A stretch of 32,000 nt of DNA from Sinorhizobium meliloti (GTDB lineage: Bacteria; Pseudomonadota; Alphaproteobacteria; Rhizobiales; Rhizobiaceae): NCBI RefSeq assembly GCF_017876815.1, contig NZ_JAGIOS010000003.1, positions 990,001 to 1,022,000 on the forward strand, read 5' to 3'. Positions within the stretch are counted from its first letter, which is position 1. Each line of letters opens with the position of its first letter. Shown in pieces: positions 23,699 to 31,295 of this stretch. The notes under the pieces are model-generated. The model ran no database searches. It had not been told where the DNA came from and was given only the letters and a program-made list of their open reading frames with translations. A program made the position numbers and the translations under genes.

Positions 23699-23828
23699 CA
23701 TTTATCTGCCAAGCGACAGGTCAGCAGGCAGAGGAGCCGCTTGGTGATGATTAGAAGGGATGGGGGGTGGATGACGATGGGGGGCGGCAGCAGCAGCCCG
23801 GCCCTAAAAAACGGCGCGCGGCGCTCCG

Positions 23829-24974
23829 TCAGAGTGTCGAGACGGCTTCCGCGCCGAGAGCCTTGAGTTGCTCGACCGAGGCAATCCCCATCAACGCAAG
23901 ACTGATCGAAATCTCGCGCTCGAGGATGGCAATCACCTCGGCCACCCCCGCCTGCCCGGCGGCCGAGAGGCCGTAGGCATAAGCCCGGCCAAGCATCACG
24001 CCGTCTGCGCCGAGTGCGATCGCCTTGATGACGTCCGCGCCGCGGCGGATACCGCCGTCAAGCATAAGGCAGAAGTCGGTTCCCACGGTGGCGCGAATGC
24101 TGGGCAGGGCTCGGATCGTGCTCGGGGCACCGTCGAGCTGGCGTCCGCCGTGGTTGGAAACCACCACCCCATCGCAGCCGAGATCGCGAGCGCGCACAGC
24201 ATCAGCGGGCGTGAGAACGCCTTTGATCACGAGCTTGCCCGTCCAGCGTTCGCGCAGCCAGGCGATGTCCTTCCACGACAGCGTCTTGTCGATTCGGCGC
24301 GAGAGATTGGCCGCCTGCTCCAGCGCGCCGCGACCGAATTCCGGCCGGTGCTCGATAGCCCTGACCGACGGCATGCCGGCAAGGACCACCTCTGCAAGCC
24401 AGCGCGGCTTCAGCGCGAGGCGCGCGAAGAGGTCCGGCGTCACCCGCGTCAGCGATCGGAATCCGTTTCGCACGTCCCGTTCGCGAATGCCCGTAATGGC
24501 GGTGTCGACCGTTACGAACAGGGTGTCGACGCCGGCGTATTCTGCCGCTCGCAGGAATTCCTCGCAGAGCGAGCGATCCTCCAGCACATAGAGCTGGAAA
24601 TGCAGCGGCCCGTCCGTGACGATCCGAAGGTCGGCGAGTGAGGCGATGGAAAAGGTTGATAAGCAGAAGGGGATGCCCGCGGCATGCGCCGCCCGCACGG
24701 CCTTGACCTCGCCCTTGCCGGAATAGAGGCCGAGGAAGCCAACCGGCCCGAGCATGAACGGCAGGGGATGACGTTTCCCGAGATAGGCCGTGGCAAGGTC
24801 CTGCGGCTGCGGCTCGACCAGCACGTTCTGGCGCAGGGTTAGGCGGGAGAAGTCCGAGCGATTCGCCCGCATCGTCTCCTCCTCGAAGGAACCGCCGTCG
24901 ATATAGTCGAAAAAGATCTTCGGCAGCCGCCGCCGGGCGAGATCGCGAAAGTCGTCGATGTTGACCAGCGCCAT
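23829..24974 (-). CDS. FMN-dependent alpha-hydroxy-acid dehydrogenase/oxidase (LldD/glycolate-oxidase/mandelate-dehydrogenase family)
   Basis: 381 aa. Contains ...LPKIFFDYIDGGSFEEETMRANRSDF...MLGPVGFLG...VVSNHGGRQLDGAPSTI...DGGIRRGADVIKAIALGADGVMLGR. Confidence 0.9.
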   Translation of the reverse strand: MALVNIDDFRDLARRRLPKIFFDYIDGGSFEEETMRANRSDFSRLTLRQNVLVEPQPQDLATAYLGKRHPLPFMLGPVGFLGLYSGKGEVKAVRAAHAAGIPFCLSTFSIASLADLRIVTDGPLHFQLYVLEDRSLCEEFLRAAEYAGVDTLFVTVDTAITGIRERDVRNGFRSLTRVTPDLFARLALKPRWLAEVVLAGMPSVRAIEHRPEFGRGALEQAANLSRRIDKTLSWKDIAWLRERWTGKLVIKGVLTPADAVRARDLGCDGVVVSNHGGRQLDGAPSTIRALPSIRATVGTDFCLMLDGGIRRGADVIKAIALGADGVMLGRAYAYGLSAAGQAGVAEVIAILEREISISLALMGIASVEQLKALGAEAVSTL

Positions 24975-24975
24975 G

Positions 24976-26268
24976 TCAGCCGTTGTCCGGATCGATTGTG
25001 TCGATGAAGCGGGAAATTAAATCGTCTCCCGCAACCGGCTCGCTTCCGGCCATCACCGCGACGGAGAAGCCTATCAGGGAGGAAATCGCGTTATGGGTCG
25101 TTGCGCCAGCCCGCAGGTTCATCACCAGCGTTGGGCAGAGGAAAAGGCCAAGCCGGATGACCCGGCGCCAGTCGGCCGGAAGCATGCCCCGCGCCTTCAG
25201 TTCGCTAAGCAGCGGACGCCAAAGTGCCTCTGCCTTTACGTCGAGAAGCGCCCGCCTGACAGGACTCGGCGCGAAATCGGTGGTAACGCGGAGCAGAGCG
25301 CCATCAAGCACTGCGCTTGCCTTGTAGCGCCCGGCCGCCATGGCGGGATCGTAGAGCCACAGCGGATGGGCAAGGATGTTGTGGAAGGTCGTCTTCACCT
25401 CGGCGAGCAATGCAGGAATGTTCTCGCCGGCAAAGGCGGGATCGAAGAAGGACAAGTGTGCCCCGCCATCGCGCTCCTCGTACCAGACATTCGCATTGTG
25501 GGCGTCGCCATGCGCGACCACTCCCCCGGCATCCGCCAGCCGCGCGGGGTTCAGCCGCTCATGCGCGGCATCGAACAGGGCGCCGATACTGTCGCTGTAT
25601 TCGATGCCGTTCACCACAAACCGGCAGCGCGAGAGCGTCTCCCAATCGAGTGTCAGGTTGGGAAAGGCAAAGTCCTTGCCGACATAGAAGCTTGCCATGC
25701 GCCCGCCCGGATAGCTTGCTGCCGAAGGGTCTACGAGCCTTTCGTAAAACAGACGGTGGATCGGCTCGGCCGCAACCTCCCTCGCACCCACCGTATGCAG
25801 TGTGGCAAGATAGACCTTCAGCACGGCTTCGCTCAGCCGGCGTTCGGCCTCAACCGCCCTTCCCCTCGCCGCGGCATCGTCATTCAAGTCCAATGCCCTC
25901 AGCACATCTGAAAAACGCGGATCGGTGCGTCGGCGATAGACGAGTATCTGTTCGCCAGGAAGCACCGACATCAGCAATGGCTGGTCCACCGGCAGGCCGG
26001 CGCGCGCCAGGATGTCGGCGCGATAATATTCGCCGCTCATGGCCTCTTCTCCCTCTTCCTGGTGGAACTTGAAGAAGAAGGCGCCGTCCTCCGTCTCGAA
26101 GAAGCCATTGAGCGAATTGAGGCTGTACTGGTCGTGATTGATCGCGACGTTCCTTGCCTCGATCCTGAAGAGATCACGCAGCAGCTCGGCCAGCAACTGT
26201 TCCGCCTTGCCGTCTCCGGTTTTGGCGACCTTTCTTATTTCCGCGGTGCGGCTCGTGGGCTGGCTCAT
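24976..26268 (-). CDS. Aminoglycoside-phosphotransferase-fold small-molecule kinase-like protein (unassigned substrate)
   Basis: 430 aa from the ATG at 26268. It has an N-lobe FFFKFHQEE, the catalytic loop VAHGDAHNANV (HGDxHxxN) and the metal-binding segment SFFDPAFAG. The stop lies 1 nt before the downstream FMN dehydrogenase start. Confidence 0.65.
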   Translation of the reverse strand: MSQPTSRTAEIRKVAKTGDGKAEQLLAELLRDLFRIEARNVAINHDQYSLNSLNGFFETEDGAFFFKFHQEEGEEAMSGEYYRADILARAGLPVDQPLLMSVLPGEQILVYRRRTDPRFSDVLRALDLNDDAAARGRAVEAERRLSEAVLKVYLATLHTVGAREVAAEPIHRLFYERLVDPSAASYPGGRMASFYVGKDFAFPNLTLDWETLSRCRFVVNGIEYSDSIGALFDAAHERLNPARLADAGGVVAHGDAHNANVWYEERDGGAHLSFFDPAFAGENIPALLAEVKTTFHNILAHPLWLYDPAMAAGRYKASAVLDGALLRVTTDFAPSPVRRALLDVKAEALWRPLLSELKARGMLPADWRRVIRLGLFLCPTLVMNLRAGATTHNAISSLIGFSVAVMAGSEPVAGDDLISRFIDTIDPDNG

Positions 26269-26311
26269 GGCGTTCTTTCCGGATGGGTCTTTCTGGGCAT
26301 AGGAACGGCGG

Positions 26312-27043
26312 TCACTTGCCGCCGTGCAGATAGCGGCTGCCGAGCGAGTAGCGGCTGCCGACATAGGTGAAGGTATTGACGGTTGCGACGACCGGCCCTG
26401 ACCAGGTCTTGCGGTGCAGGATCAGGCAGCAGTCACCAGGGCGAACGTTCAGCAGGCGAGCCTGTTCAGCATTGGCCGGCAGAGCGCTGATGAGATGCTC
26501 CACCTCGGTCAGCGGCGTGGCGTTCTGCAGGTAGTCATAGGTGGCGACGGTAGTAAAATCCTGGTCGGCATAGCCGGAAACGAGGTTGGGATTGACGTAA
26601 CGTTCCTCGAGCTGAACCGGCAGGTCGTTCTCGAAATGAATGACGACGGAATGATCGACGGGCTTCACCGTCTCGAACTCGAAGGCGAGCAGAAGCTCCG
26701 GTTCCGGTCGCGCGATCCGCTCGAGCACGACCACCTCGGCCCGGTGCCGGCTACCGCGCGTCTTGATCTCGGTAATGATGTTGCTGATCTCGATCAGCGT
26801 CGACCGGGGCCTGGGCGGCGCAACGAAGGTGCCCACCCCCTGAATGCGGCGCAGATGCCCCTCGGAGGTGAGTTCCCGCAGCGCCCGGTGAACGGTCATG
26901 CGCGAGACACCGAGTGCCGAAACGAGTTCGTTCTCCGAGGGAAGCCGGCTGTTGCGCGCCCATTTGCCGCTGCCGATGTTACCGAGGACGAAGTCCTTTA
27001 CCTTCTCGTAGAGGGGCGATGCGGAATCTGAAAGCGTATTCAT
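26312..27043 (-). CDS. GntR-family transcriptional regulator, HutC/FarR subfamily (UTRA effector domain)
   Basis: PLYEKVKDFVLGNIGSGKWARNSRLPSENELVSALGVSRMTVHRALRELTSEGHLRRIQGVGTFVA is a HutC-type winged HTH. It is followed by a UTRA-like C-terminal domain. Confidence 0.9.
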   Translation of the reverse strand: MNTLSDSASPLYEKVKDFVLGNIGSGKWARNSRLPSENELVSALGVSRMTVHRALRELTSEGHLRRIQGVGTFVAPPRPRSTLIEISNIITEIKTRGSRHRAEVVVLERIARPEPELLLAFEFETVKPVDHSVVIHFENDLPVQLEERYVNPNLVSGYADQDFTTVATYDYLQNATPLTEVEHLISALPANAEQARLLNVRPGDCCLILHRKTWSGPVVATVNTFTYVGSRYSLGSRYLHGGK

Positions 27044-27105
27044 GGTTCACTGCCTCCACCGCCGCCAAATCGGGCCGGCATTCGGAATGACATGACGGAC
27101 CCGGT

Positions 27106-28119
27106 TCAGCCCGCCACCTCGATGATCGTCTTGAGCGCATTGCTCTCGCCTCGCAGCAGCCTTTCATAAGCTTCCGGCACATCGTCGAGCGTCGGCAGCA
27201 CCTCAATGAAACGTTGCAGCGCCGGCGCCAGATCGGCGAGCAATTCGATGGCCTCGGGCAACTCGCCCGCAAAGGCATGACAGCCGACGAGCGATATCTC
27301 CCGCTCCACTATGATGTTCGGATCGAAATCGAGCTTGCCGTGGCCGATGCCGACGAGCGCCAGCGCTCCGCCGCCTGACAGAATGTCGAGAGCTCGGGCG
27401 ATCGCCTGGATGCTGCCGGTGGCATCCAGTGCATAGCGCACCCTTCCGCCGGAAAGCGCGGCCTCGACCACCGCCCTGTCAAGAGCAACGACCGCGCCGC
27501 CAGTCACCTCAGCGACAAGGGCGGCTTTGTCGGCGTTCAGATCGCCGAGCAGCAGCGGACCATCATGCAGCCGGGACAGAAGAAGCGCACTCAACCCACC
27601 GATCGTGCCGCAGCCGATGACGAGGACCGGTTCGCCGGCCGGAATGGCAAGGCGACGTACGGCATGCAAGGCCACTGCCAGCGGCTCGGCCATGGCGGCA
27701 ACATGGGGCGAAAGCTGCGGATCGTGGCGCACGACCAGTCGGGCTGGCAATTGCACTGCCTCGGCAAAGCCGCCGTCACAAATCTCGCCGACGAAGCCCA
27801 AGGTCTCGCAGACATTGCTGCGGCCGCTCGTACAAGCCGGGCAAGTGCCGCACCACATGCGTGAGTCCGCCGAGACGACGTCTCCCCGCACCACGTGACT
27901 GACGCCCTCTCCGATCGCAGTCACGCGACCGCAGAATTCATGGCCTGCCGTCGAGGGCCGGCGCGAGATCCATTGGCCGGTACGGTAGTTGTGAAGGTCG
28001 GAACCGCAGATGCCAGCAGCCCTTACTTCAAGGTTGACGAAGCCCGGCGGCGGAGCCGACGGTTCGGCGACCTCTCCCACCCGCAAATCCATGGCGCCGT
28101 AAAGCCGCACAGCCTTCAT
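27106..28119 (-). CDS. Zn-dependent medium-chain alcohol/polyol dehydrogenase (threonine/sorbitol-dehydrogenase-like)
   Basis: Catalytic Zn ligands in GICGSDLH...GHEFCG; structural Zn cluster CGTCPACTSGRSNVC; Rossmann motif VIGCGTIGG. Confidence 0.9.
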   Translation of the reverse strand: MKAVRLYGAMDLRVGEVAEPSAPPPGFVNLEVRAAGICGSDLHNYRTGQWISRRPSTAGHEFCGRVTAIGEGVSHVVRGDVVSADSRMWCGTCPACTSGRSNVCETLGFVGEICDGGFAEAVQLPARLVVRHDPQLSPHVAAMAEPLAVALHAVRRLAIPAGEPVLVIGCGTIGGLSALLLSRLHDGPLLLGDLNADKAALVAEVTGGAVVALDRAVVEAALSGGRVRYALDATGSIQAIARALDILSGGGALALVGIGHGKLDFDPNIIVEREISLVGCHAFAGELPEAIELLADLAPALQRFIEVLPTLDDVPEAYERLLRGESNALKTIIEVAG

Positions 28120-28122
28120 GGT

Positions 28123-29451
28123 TCAGGCGCCCTTCTTCAGATAACGATCGCGCACGGGCGATACGGCAAGCGCATGCGAGGAGAAGCCCTCGTAGATCGC
28201 CAGATTGTGGGAATGCCTGGCGAATTCCGGATAGGCCGGTGCCGTGACATAGCCGATCGAACTGCGCTTGACGAAATCGGTGACCGACAGCGGGCCGAAG
28301 GTGCGGGCCCAGCGGCTGGTTGGCAATACGGCGTTGGGCCCGAGCGAGAAATTGGCGATGCTGACCGGGGTATGGGTGCCCATCAGGATTTCGGCCGCTT
28401 CCGTGATGTGGCCGAGATGTATGAAGGGCTGCTCCGACAGGAGTTCCAGATGCTCGGGCGCATAGGCGTTGACGAAGGCGTAGCTTTCCTCAATCGAAGA
28501 GGTCAGAACGATGCCGCCCGTCTTCCCCGTCAGCACGGCCTTTGAAAAGGCGACGCGCTGCTCGGTCATTTTCGCCCAATGTTCCGGAAGGGCTGCGAGC
28601 GCCTCCTCGGCGACGCGGCGGCTGTGGGTAACGAGGTAAGCGGAAGAATCCGGGCCATGTTCGGCCTCGATCAGCAGGTCGAGCGCGGCAAGGCCACCAT
28701 GGACCGTGTCGTCGGCGAGGATCATCACCTCGGACGGACCAGCGGGAAGCCCGGTATCGATGACGCCGGAGAGCGAGCGCTTGGCGGCGACCACCCAAGG
28801 GCTGCCGGGACCGACGATCTTCAGCGCCGGCTTGACCGTTTCGGTGCCATAGGCGACAGCAGCAACGGCCTGCGCGCCGCCCGCCTTGTAGACGGTTTCA
28901 ACGCCGGCGAGACGTGCAGCAACCAGCGTCGCGGCATCGACCGAACCGTCCGGCGCCGGCGGCGTGACAATGGCCAGGTTCGGGACGCCTGCAACCACGG
29001 CCGGGACCGATGTCATCATAGTCACCGACGGGAAGGAGCCCTTGCCCCGTGGGACGTAGAGCGCGACCGACTGAATGGGCGTGAAGCGGTCTCCGGCAAA
29101 AGCGCCGGGGCGGATCTCCTTCAGCCACATGGCTTCTGGCTTCTGCTCCTCATGGAATTTGCGGATGTTGTCGATGCCGAATTGAACGGACTCGAGGACA
29201 CTTGCATCAACCAGCTTGAAGGCCGCATCGAACTCTGCCGCCGTAACCTTGAGATTGGCTTCCGTTACATCGGCCTTGTCGAGTTCGCGGCCGAAGCGTG
29301 CCAGTGCCTTGTCGCCCTCGGTGCGGACCGCTTCGAGGATCGGCGCGACCTTTTCGATGAAGCCCGATATGTCGGTTTCCGAACGGCGCAGCAAGGCGGC
29401 CTTCTCTTCGGCGTTCAGCTTCGAATATTCGTAGAAAGACACTGATGTCAT
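28123..29451 (-). CDS. Histidinol-dehydrogenase-family (HisD-like) NAD-dependent 4-electron alcohol dehydrogenase, divergent active site
   Basis: 442 aa from the ATG at 29451. Contains ...AVAYGTETVKPALKIVGPGSPWVVAAK...PAGPSEVMILAD...LLIEAEHGPDS...APEHLEL...GPNAVLPT...; this is the HisD fold signature with substitutions at positions that bind histidinol/Zn in HisD. The upstream 200+ aa of the track ORF are spurious. Confidence 0.85.
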   Translation of the reverse strand: MTSVSFYEYSKLNAEEKAALLRRSETDISGFIEKVAPILEAVRTEGDKALARFGRELDKADVTEANLKVTAAEFDAAFKLVDASVLESVQFGIDNIRKFHEEQKPEAMWLKEIRPGAFAGDRFTPIQSVALYVPRGKGSFPSVTMMTSVPAVVAGVPNLAIVTPPAPDGSVDAATLVAARLAGVETVYKAGGAQAVAAVAYGTETVKPALKIVGPGSPWVVAAKRSLSGVIDTGLPAGPSEVMILADDTVHGGLAALDLLIEAEHGPDSSAYLVTHSRRVAEEALAALPEHWAKMTEQRVAFSKAVLTGKTGGIVLTSSIEESYAFVNAYAPEHLELLSEQPFIHLGHITEAAEILMGTHTPVSIANFSLGPNAVLPTSRWARTFGPLSVTDFVKRSSIGYVTAPAYPEFARHSHNLAIYEGFSSHALAVSPVRDRYLKKGA

Positions 29452-29489
29452 CGTCTTGTCCTTGTATCTGGCCAGTTGGGGCCGGAGGG

Positions 29490-30290
29490 TCATTTCGATT
29501 TCAGGAAGATATCCAGACCGACCAGGCGGTCGAGCAGCGCGATCGCGAGACCGGCGCAGGCGATGAACACGACCGAGATCGCGGCCAGGTCCGGCGTGAT
29601 GATCGAGCGGATGGAATTGTAGATCTGGACCGGCAGCGTCACGCTTCGGGCGTCGACCAGCAGCAGGCTGACCAGAAACTCGTTGAGCGCCAGAATGAAC
29701 ATCAGCAGCGATCCCGTGATCACGCCCGGCAGGACCGCCGGCAGCGTGATGTAGAGGAAGCGTTGCAGCGGCGGGGCTCCGCAATTGGCCGCCGCCAGCT
29801 CCAGATCGGGCGACAGATTGCTGGCACTCGCCGTCACAGCCCAAATCATGAAGGGCAGGTTGATGACAGCGCAGGCGATCCCGACCGGCCACAATTTTCC
29901 CAGAACGCCCATATTGCCGAGTACCAGCATCATGCCGATGCCGGAACCGATCAGCGGAATGGTGAACGGCAACAAGAGATAGATCTGGATCGAACGGGCA
30001 AACCGCACCCGATACTTGGCCAATGCGATGCCGGCGAGCGTGCCGACCGGGATCGAGACCAGGGTGCATATCGTGGCAACGATCAGCGAACGAACAAAAG
30101 CTTGCCTGAGGTCACTTGCCTGGGCGATCGCCCCGTACCATTTCAGCGACAGGCCGTCCGGCGGGAAGGTGATGATGTTGCCGGCGGTGAATGAGGCTCC
30201 GAGCACCACGACCGTGGGCGCGGACAGCATCAAAAGTGCAGTCGTGACGAAGGCCCACAGGACGAAGGATTTGCTTTTGCTGGCCGTCAT
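29490..30290 (-). CDS. ABC transporter permease (PotC/PotI-like)
   Basis: MTASKSKSFVLWAFVTTALLML... is multi-span and contains ...LELAAANCGAPPLQRFLYITLPAVLPG (EAA loop). There is an ATGA overlap with the upstream permease at 30287-30290. Confidence 0.9.
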   Translation of the reverse strand: MTASKSKSFVLWAFVTTALLMLSAPTVVVLGASFTAGNIITFPPDGLSLKWYGAIAQASDLRQAFVRSLIVATICTLVSIPVGTLAGIALAKYRVRFARSIQIYLLLPFTIPLIGSGIGMMLVLGNMGVLGKLWPVGIACAVINLPFMIWAVTASASNLSPDLELAAANCGAPPLQRFLYITLPAVLPGVITGSLLMFILALNEFLVSLLLVDARSVTLPVQIYNSIRSIITPDLAAISVVFIACAGLAIALLDRLVGLDIFLKSK

Positions 30291-31231
30291 TTGCGGTCTC
30301 CCGTCATGGCGAGCGTACCTGCACCGAACAGCATGAAGACGACGCCGACGAGCATGGACCCGACCGCAACGAGCATCAGCGACAGCGTGGCACCCATGCC
30401 CTGGTCGGAGGTGCGGAAGAACTGGTCGTATATCGCGTTGGCGATAAAATCCTGCGTGCCGCCGCCGAGGATGGCGGGAATGGCGAAGTCGGTGAGCGAC
30501 AGCGTCAATACCACCAAGCCGGCACCCACCAGCCCCGGCCGGGAGAGCGGCAGAACGATGTGGCGGAATGTCCGGGTCCAGCCCGCGCCGAGCGAGGCGG
30601 CAGCGGCCTCGAGTTCGCTCGGGATAGCGGTCAGAGCCGGTGCGAGCATCAGCACCGCGAAAGGCAGCATGTACTGGACGAGGCCGAAAAGGACCGCCGG
30701 GTAGTTGTAGAGCAGACGTATCGGCGGCACGCCGACGAGACCGAGCGCCTCGTTGACCATGCCCTGGTTGCCGAGAATGATGAGCCAGCCATAGGCGCGC
30801 ACCACCTGCCCGATGAAGAAGGGCAGGAAAAGCGCAACCAGCAGAAATTTGCGAAGGGCGGACGACGGCGTACGCACCATGAGGTAGGCATATGGAAAAG
30901 CGAGCAGCAGGGTGATCACCGTCACGATCACCGAACCGACAAGGCTGCGGCCGGCAACCGTCGCGAAGAAGCTTTCGGTCAGAACACGCTGATAATTGGC
31001 GAGCGTGTAGCTCTCCGACATCAGGAAGGTATTGGTGTCGAGCGTTCTCAGGCTCGTGTCGCCGATCTGGACGAGACCGAGCACCAAAAGGCCCACAAGC
31101 ACGAGCGCGGGCATCAGCATGAGATAGGGCAGGCCCCGCTGGAAGCTCGATGGCCAGACGATGGCCGCAAGGCGTTCGAGCACATCCATGACGCGCCACG
31201 TCAGGGGATATGCAGCACGGGGAGCGCGCAT
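30287..31231 (-). CDS. ABC transporter permease (PotB/PotH-like)
   Basis: Multi-span, with ...ELEAAAASLGAGWTRTFRHIVLPLSRPG (EAA loop). The start is uncertain (31231 or the internal Met at 31189). Confidence 0.9.
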   Translation of the reverse strand: MRAPRAAYPLTWRVMDVLERLAAIVWPSSFQRGLPYLMLMPALVLVGLLVLGLVQIGDTSLRTLDTNTFLMSESYTLANYQRVLTESFFATVAGRSLVGSVIVTVITLLLAFPYAYLMVRTPSSALRKFLLVALFLPFFIGQVVRAYGWLIILGNQGMVNEALGLVGVPPIRLLYNYPAVLFGLVQYMLPFAVLMLAPALTAIPSELEAAAASLGAGWTRTFRHIVLPLSRPGLVGAGLVVLTLSLTDFAIPAILGGGTQDFIANAIYDQFFRTSDQGMGATLSLMLVAVGSMLVGVVFMLFGAGTLAMTGDRK

Positions 31232-31295
31232 GGCAACGATCCTGTTTCACGAGAGAAGGCTGCCCGCCGCAAGGGTGCGGCGGGCAGATAAGGCA

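Noticed and set aside
23757-23787. G-rich stretch (GGGATGGGGGGTGG ... GATGGGGGGCGG), considered as a G-quadruplex or repeat.
   Set aside because: The G-runs do not fit a standard four-tract G3+ spacing, and it appears only once. It is probably residual sequence next to the ISL3 end.
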